Shown piece by piece: positions 13,087 through 22,000 of a stretch of DNA of 29,449 nt (position 1 is its first letter; every line of letters begins with the position of its first letter). The stretch is from Macrostomum lignano. Its lineage: Eukaryota. The position numbers and the translations under genes were made by a program. The DNA lies in the NCBI GenBank assembly GCA_002269645.1, contig NIVC01004985.1:1-29449 (forward strand), in the 5' to 3' direction. The notes beneath the pieces were generated by a model. It worked only from the letters and a program-made list of their open reading frames with translations, was not told the DNA's origin and searched no databases.

Positions 13087-15152
13087 TCAATAATTACTCG
13101 ACATGTCGCAGTTGGTCCGCGAGTTCGTGATCTCCAGGATTAACAGCGTCAGCGTCAGCGCCAGCTTCAGGCTGAAGAAGACAGCGAAGAAGCAGCGGTC
13201 GGCGGCGAACAGCAATGGGGATCCATTCTTTGCGAGGGTCGTTGTCCCGGCAACGCGGAGTCTGCTCCGCCTGCGGTTGACTTGGCGTAGCTGGTCGCCT
13301 GGGCGAGACGACGTTCAACTCGCTCTCGTTGGATTCCTGCGAATGGGGTGCCAATTTTAACCGCAAATGGACACAGAAACTTATAGATCTGCCAAATCTG
13401 ACACAGGCTTGGCAGTCTTAACAAAATCCAACCCAGCTCTCCGTCTCTCCCTTACTCTCACCGCGTTCCGGACAGCGGCGGTGGCGCTGTGGTTTCGAAC
13501 CTGGTAACACTTTCTGCACTGCAGCCGGGCACATGCGAACATATTGAGAAACAGAAGTCGCATTAGCCGGCTTGGGACTTTGGTATGCTCATTCTCGGAC
13601 GAATGCTCAAAGTAGCAGCTCAGTACGAAAATGTTGGCAATCAAGTGAAGCATTGTCAGAAACACCGCGAGGCTGAAGTACCAGGCTGGAAATTGGAGGA
13701 GGACAAATAGGTCATGAGTCTCAATATTCCAGCCTGTAGTTCACTCTCAGTGTTGGATTGAAATTAGCTCGAAACTCACTGAGCAAAGGCACAGATTCCC
13801 CCTGTGGAGGCATATAGTTGCTGCTGAGCTGCAGGAACACGCACATAGACAGCACGATGGTGATGCTCAATGATATTCGCTCTCCGCACTCGGGCGGCAG
13901 GCAGAAGACCAGGGTAGAGATGTAGAGCAGCACGAGACTCGGAATGATCAGGTTCATGAAGTAGAATAGTGCTTTACGCTGAAAGTGTCAAAGGTGAAAC
14001 TGGCTCTGCGAAAAAACGGGGACTATGACAGGGGAGTCCACAAAAAGTGTGTGATCCCCGTTCCAACTCAACCAAATTCTGAGAAGTTTCTACCTTTATT
14101 TCCACCTGCAGCTGAACAATATCGTAGTTCCACTTATCGATAGAATTTGAAACGCTGACGTTCATCACGCAGAAGTCGTGGTTCTTGAAGAGGGAAGGCG
14201 TGATTCCAGGTGGTCCAGGCTCGATGCGCAGTGGTTTTTCTCGTGTGCACCACCGAAGATACGCGCTGGTGGCAGATCTGCGTGTCGTGTAGGGAAAGTT
14301 GGCCATATTCATTTCGCACTTGGACCAGGAGAGCAGCTCAACAAGGAACAGCACCGAGCCGTCGCTGCTTAAAGTCAGGAAAACTTTATCGCTGGAGGTG
14401 CGCCGGAAGTGCAGGCTGAAAGGTTACATGAGTACCATTAGATGAATGTCACCGTTAGTCCATTATCTTGAAGTTTCTCTAAGAGAACAATCGGGGTGCC
14501 ATTGGGAGACTTAGCAAAGCGGTATGGCTGCAATTGCATAGGAATGATCAAGCCCAAGGAAAAAGTGTCGCACTTACAGGTTGCCGAAGGCCACATCCGG
14601 TTGCCAGAGCAGACTGGCTGGCACAAAAATGGAGCTCACGTTATCGAAGGTAGAGTTGAATTTTCCTTTCCAGGCCAGGCGGCTGTCCCGCCAGTACTGT
14701 AGTGAAAGTGCAAATTAAATGAATCGATAGCTCACTGCTGCACCGTGAGTCTGATGTAATAAAACTCGATGCGTCAATGTCTGCGGCAGCAATGAACTTA
14801 CGAGTCACGTACCAAATTGAACCAGGTTTGCAGCACGATCTCCTGCGTTGCCGAGTCCTTCATTTTTTGGTTAGAAATGATTTAATGCTCACGATCTGCT
14901 CCAAAATTCAACATTGTTCTCACAAAAAATCGACAAAGCCGAAGTACTCACCACATGAGCCAGGCTTTTCAAGTTGAACAAGACGGTCACCAAGTTGGCT
15001 GAGCCGTTGTCCGGTGGCGGCCGGACGTCTTTGTTGTAGTCGGAATTTAAATTCAGCGCCGTTTTCAGGGCCTCATCCGGGGACACTGAGGCAGCCGCCG
15101 CGGCACGGCAGAGCAAGAAAACTATGAAGCTTGATAGCGGAGACTGCGGCAT
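13087..15152 (-). pseudogene. Cys-loop channel subunit B, frameshifted
   Basis: Same exon layout (YNKDVRPPPDNG; DSATQEIVLQTWFNL; YWRDSRLAW; CEMNMANFPY; FCLPPECGERISL). Has +2/+1 indels inside the Cys-loop exon (~14290, ~14233) and a +1 shift before M4 (~13208). Confidence 0.8.
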
Positions 15153-15715
15153 GCTAATGAGCTGGAGTCTGGACGCGGCTCAGACAGGTGGTTTGGGCTC
15201 ATTATTTATCCAGCAGTTGCAGCCCCTCCATTCCCCACTTCCCCAGCCAACTTGGACATCCCCGGTAGAGTCTGCCTCGGTAATTATTTCTCTTTTAAAA
15301 CCTCTAAAAGCGTTGACAGCTTGAGCTGCAGCCAATAAATTCCTGCCCGTTAACAACCCGATAGGGGCAATTATTATTGGATGCGAAGACAAATTGAGAT
15401 AATAAAATTTATAAAAAGAGTTAAGACTATTTATTGAATTTTTGACAAATAGAGTTTGCAGGTAGTTAGGCTACGGAGCAGCTAAGTAGGTTTTATTACC
15501 TCTACGTTGCTCAAAGCCCATTTACGTAATTGACAAAGTAGTTACAGACCACTAATTGCACAGAGGGTGGCTCACTCGCATTAGGTTTTGTTGTGGAGTG
15601 CGTATTAAAAATTAAAGCATTTTGATGGGGCAGCTGCAGGCCTATGGCTGCCAAAAAAAGTATGAGAAGTATGTCACCAAGGATATATTATTAGCTAAAC
15701 TCAAGAAACTATTTT

Positions 15716-16475
15716 TTAACTGTCAGACAGACACGCTACTCATAGCAGAATCTAAGCCAGCGTCAGGCCGAAAAAGATCGCGAAAAAGCAGCGGTCAGCA
15801 GTGGCCACGACAGCGCTCCAGCTGTTGACATCAGTGGCCCGGCAACGCGAAGGCTGCTCCAACTGCGAGTCGAAGTTGACGGTTCGTCGCGACGAGATGT
15901 CGCTCATTTCTTTGCTGTCAGCATCACTGACCTGTGGGACCGTGACACATTTGGTTTGGCTTCTCCTGATAAAACGGCACTAGCAGTAAACGAACACTTA
16001 CTCCGATGGAGCTTCGTTGCGCAACACTGTTAAAATTTTTACTTCTGGACGGCTCTCGACAAAATCGGCGCCCGCAGACGAATCTATTGAGAAACAGCAG
16101 CCGAGTCAGACGATTGGGGACTCGAGCATGCTCAGAAAACTGCTCAAAGTGGCAACTCAGAACGAAGGCGTTAGCAACCAGATTAGCCATGGTCAGAAGT
16201 ACCGCGATGCTGAAGTACCAGCCTGCAGAATTTCACAGGAGCAGGTCCTTATTCAACAGACACTATTTTTAATCTCAATAAAATAAAAGAGTCCGGCCGC
16301 GACACTCACTGAGCAGCGGTACAGAATCTCCTTGAGTTGGTATGTAATTGTCAGTGAGCTGCAGGAACACGCACATCGACAGCACGATGGTGACGCTCAG
16401 TGACATTCTCTCGCCGCATTCCGGCGGCAATCGGAATACCAAAGAGGAGATGGCGAGCAGCATGAGGTTCACGAC
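15716..16475 (-). pseudogene. Cys-loop channel subunit C, transmembrane half only
   Basis: FRLPPECGERMSLSVTIVLS, WYFSIAVLLTMANL and ADRCFFAIFF exons are present. M1 lacks the IIPSL segment, M4 has TAG at 15754-15752, and no extracellular-domain exons were found before the viral element. Confidence 0.8.
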
Positions 16476-16684
16476 AGAATGCTGTCCTTCGCTGCAGTTT
16501 GAAATGCATGACAAACTTGTATTGCCTATCAGCATAGAATACAAAGTGAAAAGAACCTGAGCACCAAACCTACATAGCAACTCGGAGCTCCACATATTCG
16601 TATTGCACATCTACTGACTTGGCTGTGCTGACGTTGACAATGCAGAAATCACTGTTCCTATCCAGGTAGGTTGTCAGCGAGTCC

Positions 16685-16933
16685 AGTAGTATATACGATA
16701 CAAAATAGCCAGCAAACCGTTCTCACCATTGCAAACAATTTAACCCTTTATCAGTGTGAAATGACTTGTTTTCCCTTCATTTTCGCTCGTCTTCACTTCG
16801 CTCAACTCGCTTCGCTCATCCTCGCTTCATTTCGGTCAAACAAGTCATTTCACACTTACAACGATTAATTCTCTTTGAATGGTGAGAACACGCTCTCGTC
16901 GAACGCTTTGGTTTGCTGGCTATTTTGTATCGT
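16685..16933 (+). repeat. Left terminal region with an internal inverted repeat
   Basis: 16695-16718 is the exact reverse complement of 16910-16933, and 16719-16730 of 16878-16889. Confidence 0.85.
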
Positions 16934-17023
16934 CAACGCTTCCAACTCTCCCCAATACACACAAACTCTCTATAACCCGTCGCACGCGCCGCAGGCGCGA
17001 AGGGTCTTTTTCTGTTACTAAAA

Positions 17024-17338
17024 ATGACCCGAGTTTACACCTTTTCTGTTAGTGATACTTTTGAGACTGTTGCTAAAAATGCAGAGATAATAAAACAACA
17101 TATCTTGAACGGAATAATTGATGAAGTTTATTTAAAATATGACGATAAACATGACCTAAAACTTTATCCATTAGAGTTAGATGAGATGTATGATTTAGAA
17201 CAAGAGGGAGAGTTAATATTTCAACTTGGAGATTATTTAAATTCGGATGATTGGGAGGTTAGATCAACAGATTCCGAATCAACAAATAGTTCATATGAAA
17301 CCAGTGATTCTGAGAATGAAATTGAAATTTTTATGTAA
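17024..17338 (+). CDS. Small acidic hypothetical viral protein (104 aa)
   Basis: ORF preceded by TAAAAATG, like other element genes; D/E/S-rich; no motif recognised. Confidence 0.6.
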   Translation: MTRVYTFSVSDTFETVAKNAEIIKQHILNGIIDEVYLKYDDKHDLKLYPLELDEMYDLEQEGELIFQLGDYLNSDDWEVRSTDSESTNSSYETSDSENEIEIFM

Positions 17339-17353
17339 AAAAATATTTAAAAA

Positions 17354-17578
17354 ATGAATTATTATTCTATAACAGAAACGACGTTTATTATGAAAAATAT
17401 ATATAAAAAAATGAAGGTAAATTATTCCTACATCGGAAATGTGCCGGTTAATGAACTTAATCAAAATTTAAGTTTGATATCTGTTGAACAAATGTCAATA
17501 ATAATCTTAGTAACAATAATAGTAATAATATTGTTTTTGTTTGTTATAAAAAATTTACTACCCTGTTGTCTTAAGTAA
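17354..17578 (+). CDS. Small single-pass membrane protein (74 aa)
   Basis: AAAAAATG start; hydrophobic IIILVTIIVIILFLFVI followed by PCCLK. Confidence 0.55.
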   Translation: MNYYSITETTFIMKNIYKKMKVNYSYIGNVPVNELNQNLSLISVEQMSIIILVTIIVIILFLFVIKNLLPCCLK

Positions 17579-17588
17579 CTGTTCAAAC

Positions 17589-19195
17589 TTAGTTCGCAGA
17601 CATTAGCTGGTTCTCATAAAAAGAACCCAATATTTCTTCACCGTCCTTATCAGCAATTATATAGGTTGTAGGATTGGTATTTAAAACTTTACTGATAGTA
17701 AATTTCTCACTTATTTTCCAATATCCTTTTCTTCCCTTTTCAAACTTATCTTTCCATTTATAGATATAAACAGAATCACCAACCTTAAAACCTTTAGTTT
17801 TCTTTTTTTCAAATTCTCCAAAAGTAACTTTAACTTTTTCAGGATTGTTATAAGCTTGTTGAGGAGTCATCTTTATAGCCGAATGATATGAATTGTTATA
17901 ATCTTTCACAACGTCTGGTAATATTTTTACCCACTTTTGATTTCCATTCAGACTAAATTGAAACCACAATTTCTTACCTAAAGTTCGATTAAATCTTTCT
18001 ATTAATGCGTTTTTACTTTCGCCGTAAATAGAATAAATTTTATTAATATACTCCCCATTCGCGTCTTTTTTCCTTTCTTGTCCTTTTTCAAAATGATATA
18101 ATTTATACATATGAGGATTGTAAAATTCTTTTCCTTCATCAACACACAACCTTTCACTTTTTTCTCCAAGACTTCTAAAAGCAGCCGCAACATCCTCTCC
18201 TTTTTTGGATTTTAAAGGAACAGCCCACGCATATCGAGTAAAACCATCTAATATGGTTAAGATATATTTATATCCTCTTTCGTTCGGCATCGACATTAAA
18301 TCAGCATACCAAATTTCATTCTTTTTGAAGTTCATGATTTTTCTATAAAATTTAGGTTTTCGATATTCTTTATGAAGAATCTTTGCCTCATCAGAACTTA
18401 ACCCGCCGCCACTTAATAATAAACACTCAACACAATTATTTCCATGTTGATTGTAATTAATTCCCAATCCAAATTTAACTTTAGACTGTAAGATTTTTTT
18501 AACCATCCACCGAGTTAATCTTTGGCTTACCGATAACCCCTGTAAGTTATCTAATCCTTGAATCATTTTTCTATCAGCTTCATGTTTTAATCTTAATGCT
18601 TCCTCGGGTGAGTTCTTATCAGCATCTCTGTATGCTAAGTCATGATAGTATGCTAACCAATCAATACCGTTAATGGGAATTGAATCGGCTTTTGGTGTAT
18701 TATCAGGATTTAATCTCAAATCTAACCTAGTACCCGGCAGTTTGCCCTAAATCTTTCGAAATAGGCTGGAGCACACCTTAAGCGGATAAATTACCGCCCA
18801 CCTCCGTCTGCTCTCTGAACCTTCTCCATATCTGCCGACTTAGGAGCTTGGCTGCGCATTGCCACCGTGTCTTCAAGCTTGTTACCTTTGGGAAGAGGAG
18901 TTACCTCTGTTCCTTCAAAAGATTTCTCAATTGAAGTGGTACTTGAAGCTGTATGACGGGTTTCGCGCAATTTGAAGGTGTCGCCACAAATAGTGACTAG
19001 CAAGGACATTGCCTTCCTCACTCAGGCCACGGGTTAACCTGCGAAGTTGTAAGACGGGATGTGTAATTCATTTGTATACCTTCCAGTAGTAAAGATTGGT
19101 GGTAAGCTTGTTAATCCTTTTTGAACATCTAACAATCCTCCTTCAAATACTAATTGTTCGAACCTTCGGTTCGCATGCGTCGCATGATCGCTCAT
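17589..19195 (-). CDS. PLA2-RVE integrase fusion, 435 aa after intron removal (exons 19195-19037 and 18737-17589)
   Basis: Spliced junction ELHIPSYNFAG|PGTRLD..PINGIDWLAYYHDLAY..EADRKM is a parvovirus-type PLA2. It is followed by the DDE triad WYADL, CVDEGKEF, NALIERFNRTL and the Polinton-type C-terminus FEKG..W..EKF..GEEILGSFYENQL. Confidence 0.92.
18738..19036 (-). ncRNA. Group I self-splicing intron (IC1-like), 299 nt, no internal endonuclease
   Basis: Exon ends in U and intron ends in G. P1 CAGGU/GCCUG with U.G at the splice site; P3 CACCUUC/GGAGGUG; P4 UUGCGC/GCGCAG; P7 GA-GAGCA/UGCUCC; P5abc with A-rich bulge and GAAA loop; CCUAAG/UAUGG receptor; P8, P9, P9.0, P10. Excision restores the reading frame and the GPG motif. 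Confidence 0.96.
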
Positions 19196-19745
19196 TTTTA
19201 ATAGCCTTAAAAATACATGAAAGCACCAATTGTTTTGCAAATTCTTCAATGGTTGGTTGCTTAACTTTTTTATAGTTATTATCTACGCTAGTTAAGTATC
19301 TTTTATTTCTCCAATTTTCAGACTTTTTAATCTGATCTTCGTCTTTGTAACTAAATGAAGAAGCGGGAATGAAATGATCAATATCTAACTTTCCAGTATA
19401 ATTTTTTGGAACATAATAATTTCTTGTGAAATTTAACCAATCAAAAAAGAATTCTTTTGTGCAACCAAGATAGGAGATATAATGCTTGTCATGAAAAGTT
19501 CTCAATGCCCAATTTATTCTACCTCTAATTAGACTAATATTTTTGTAATTTTCATCAGTGCGATATTTATTTTTTGCATATTTATTACATTTATCTTTAT
19601 TGTTTATTCTCCACATAGTACATTTAACTTTCTCACAAGATCGACAAAGATTTTTAATTTTTTTTGTGTCATTTCTCCAACAAAAAAATTCTTTAGTCAT
19701 CGGTTTCTCAATTTTACACGTAGTACAAATCTTTTTAGATTCCAT
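19143..19745 (-). CDS. Free-standing HNH-family endonuclease with N-terminal Zn finger
   Basis: CTTC..CRSC, YLGCTKE, DIDHFIP..SFSY..WRNKRYL..DNNYKK resemble HNH endonucleases of large eukaryotic DNA viruses. Its 3' end overlaps the PLA2 start by 53 nt. Confidence 0.75.
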   Translation of the reverse strand: MESKKICTTCKIEKPMTKEFFCWRNDTKKIKNLCRSCEKVKCTMWRINNKDKCNKYAKNKYRTDENYKNISLIRGRINWALRTFHDKHYISYLGCTKEFFFDWLNFTRNYYVPKNYTGKLDIDHFIPASSFSYKDEDQIKKSENWRNKRYLTSVDNNYKKVKQPTIEEFAKQLVLSCIFKAIKNERSCDACEPKVRTISI

Positions 19746-19772
19746 TTTATAAAAAATAAATTTAACAATTAA

Positions 19773-20444
19773 TTAAATACCTGTATGTCCAGCAGCTTTC
19801 GCGGCAGCTAAAACAAGTTTTCTAGGAGTTTTAAATCCTTCACCAACAGCCGGCATGTTATTTATAGAATTAACAATCCTTTTATACAAGCTGGTATTTT
19901 TAACATGGGCTACTCCTAACTCATCGTAAAAATTTTTAGCACTTACTAATTCGTCTCTAGTATATAAATCAGGGTTAAATTTTACCCTAGGGTTCGTAAT
20001 AATATTAAATGCTCCACCCAATTCTCTATATAGTTCATTTCGATTTTTATCAACTCCACCAATTCGATAATTACCACCACCTAAATCTGTCACAGCAATA
20101 CTACGTGGCGCATCTCTTGGAAATTCTACCCGATTACCCCGATCTGCAGCCCTAATCTCTGCAACTCTCAATTGAGCTTGATCAACATCATAAGCAGGTG
20201 GCTCATCCAAAATTTCATCCTCTTTTGGCTCCGTATTTTTAGCAATTTTTTCCAGAAGGTCTTTATCTGTTTTTTCTAGTTCACTAATTTTCCCCGTAAT
20301 AGGATTAACAAAAGGAGCAGCAAATTTTTCACCAGCTAATTGTATTCCTAACTTTCTTTTTTGTAAATTTCTAACAAAATCAGAATATCTTTGTTTCTCT
20401 TTATAAATCGCTAACTCTCCATCAACGTCCATAAATTGGCTCAT
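19773..20444 (-). CDS. Hypothetical viral protein (223 aa), possibly core/DNA-associated
   Basis: Clean ORF divergent from the capsid gene with AAAAAATG start; charged helical N-terminus (KFAAPFVNPITGKISELEK). Confidence 0.7.
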   Translation of the reverse strand: MSQFMDVDGELAIYKEKQRYSDFVRNLQKRKLGIQLAGEKFAAPFVNPITGKISELEKTDKDLLEKIAKNTEPKEDEILDEPPAYDVDQAQLRVAEIRAADRGNRVEFPRDAPRSIAVTDLGGGNYRIGGVDKNRNELYRELGGAFNIITNPRVKFNPDLYTRDELVSAKNFYDELGVAHVKNTSLYKRIVNSINNMPAVGEGFKTPRKLVLAAAKAAGHTGI

Positions 20445-20478
20445 TTTTTAACATAAAAAACTTTTTTAACATAAAAAA
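20444..20478. promoter_or_regulatory. Candidate bidirectional promoter with a tandem 17-nt repeat
   Basis: TTTTTTAACATAAAAAA at 20444-20460 and 20462-20478 fills the 34-nt gap between two divergent ATGs. Confidence 0.5.
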
Positions 20479-21951
20479 ATGGCTGAAACAAAAACTATAT
20501 GGAGTGATAAATTTCATTTCAAAAAGCACCGTCAGTATATTAATGAGGTCAGAGCGAGAGATTTAAACTATACTCTACCAACAAGCGATAATACAAATAA
20601 CTTTACTAGCGGAACGGTAGCTTTTGACATCGGCGCAACCAACACCATATTGGATATGAAAAATGCATTTTTCCGCGTTAGATGGTTGTATACTAGAAAT
20701 GATGGAACTGCTCTAGCAGCCGGAGATATCGCAGATCGATCTGGAATAATAATAGAAAATGATTGGTTTTATAAATGTTTTTCCCAAGCTCAACTAACTG
20801 TTAATGGTGCCGAGGTTGAGACATCATCAAACCCCGCAGAGATTAATGGAGTTTTGAAACATTTAAATTATACTTATTTATCAAAACAAGTTGGTGATAA
20901 TGTTGGGTGGATGCCGGATAAGGGCAATGGTCAAGCAGTAGTTTTCCCTAATGTACAAAACGCAGCTGGTGCAGATACTGCAGCTCTTATTGCTTACATT
21001 AATACAAACATAGTTCCAGTTGTAACCACCATGACTAATACAAAAGATATTAATACTGGTTATATAGATAGACAGAATAAATTCCCAGTTGCAGTTTTAA
21101 CCACGGCAACGGCATATGAGCAGGACTTTTCAATCTTTCCACTATTTGGATTCTTCTCACCAAATCGGGTATGGAAAGGATTAAAATTTGGGGTACAGTT
21201 GCAAATATCTGGTGGATATCAGCCTAGGATACTTTATGGAACCTCTATTTCAACCGATATAGCAGTTCGCATAGCATCAATACAATTAGTCGTGCCAACT
21301 ATTGAGGTAACAGCACCACTTTTAAAACATGTCGATAATCAGTTAACGCATGATCAAGAAATATTTTATTTGAATCGTAGACATTTTATGCGAACCATTA
21401 ATAATAATCAAGATTCATTCCAGTGGCAAATACTGACATCAAAACGTCGGGTGAGATATATTTTTGTTTGGTTTAAGATAACAAATAGAAGGAGTAAAAG
21501 AGCAAATGGGGATTTATATTGGCTTCAATCAGGTGATGTAGCAGCACAGGGTGCCACTGCAACAGACAATGCGGTTGCGGCCATTAACGAGTTTAATGTT
21601 CAGAATATCCGCCTGCAGGTTGATGACCAATACTATCCGGTTAAAGATCCTCTTAATCTAAATATTGCAAATAATGATGTTAATGATTTTATAAAATATT
21701 ATCAAGATTATGCCAAAAATGAAGCGTTTGCCGTCCCTCAGTACACACCCACAGAGTTTCTAAACATTCATCCAGTAGTTGTTTATGATCTAACGGCACA
21801 GAAAGAAAATGTAGCCAATGTTGGGCTTAATTATATGTTAGAGATTAATAAAACCGGTAATCAGGCAATAGACGCCCACGCTTTGTTTCTAGAGGAATAT
21901 ATGTCAATTGCTAAAGCCGACGGCACCATCGTTCGGGACGCCCCGCTGTAA
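20479..21951 (+). CDS. Major capsid protein (double jelly-roll, Polinton PY/hexon-like)
   Basis: 490 aa, beta-rich; KCFSQAQLTVNGAEVETSSNP, RRVRYIFVWF, NIRLQVDDQYYP, HPVVVYDLT; located upstream of ATPase and penton. Confidence 0.88.
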   Translation: MAETKTIWSDKFHFKKHRQYINEVRARDLNYTLPTSDNTNNFTSGTVAFDIGATNTILDMKNAFFRVRWLYTRNDGTALAAGDIADRSGIIIENDWFYKCFSQAQLTVNGAEVETSSNPAEINGVLKHLNYTYLSKQVGDNVGWMPDKGNGQAVVFPNVQNAAGADTAALIAYINTNIVPVVTTMTNTKDINTGYIDRQNKFPVAVLTTATAYEQDFSIFPLFGFFSPNRVWKGLKFGVQLQISGGYQPRILYGTSISTDIAVRIASIQLVVPTIEVTAPLLKHVDNQLTHDQEIFYLNRRHFMRTINNNQDSFQWQILTSKRRVRYIFVWFKITNRRSKRANGDLYWLQSGDVAAQGATATDNAVAAINEFNVQNIRLQVDDQYYPVKDPLNLNIANNDVNDFIKYYQDYAKNEAFAVPQYTPTEFLNIHPVVVYDLTAQKENVANVGLNYMLEINKTGNQAIDAHALFLEEYMSIAKADGTIVRDAPL

Positions 21952-22000
21952 GCGGTGCAGGTCTCCGACCGTCGCACCAATTTAAATTTTATCTTTAAAA

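Noticed and set aside
18791-19021. 76-aa ORF inside the intron as a homing endonuclease or maturase
   Set aside because: It runs through the ribozyme core helices and has no LAGLIDADG, His-Cys, GIY-YIG or HNH motif.
18738-19038. Spliceosomal GT-AG intron explanation for the PLA2 interruption
   Set aside because: A GT is present at the 5' side, but the frame- and motif-restoring 3' end is ..AACTG, not AG, with no pyrimidine tract; the group I core explains the whole segment.
21940-22000. Second ribozyme or intron between MCP and ATPase
   Set aside because: Only ~50 nt of short hairpins, with no P3/P4/P7 elements or hammerhead/HDV core identifiable.
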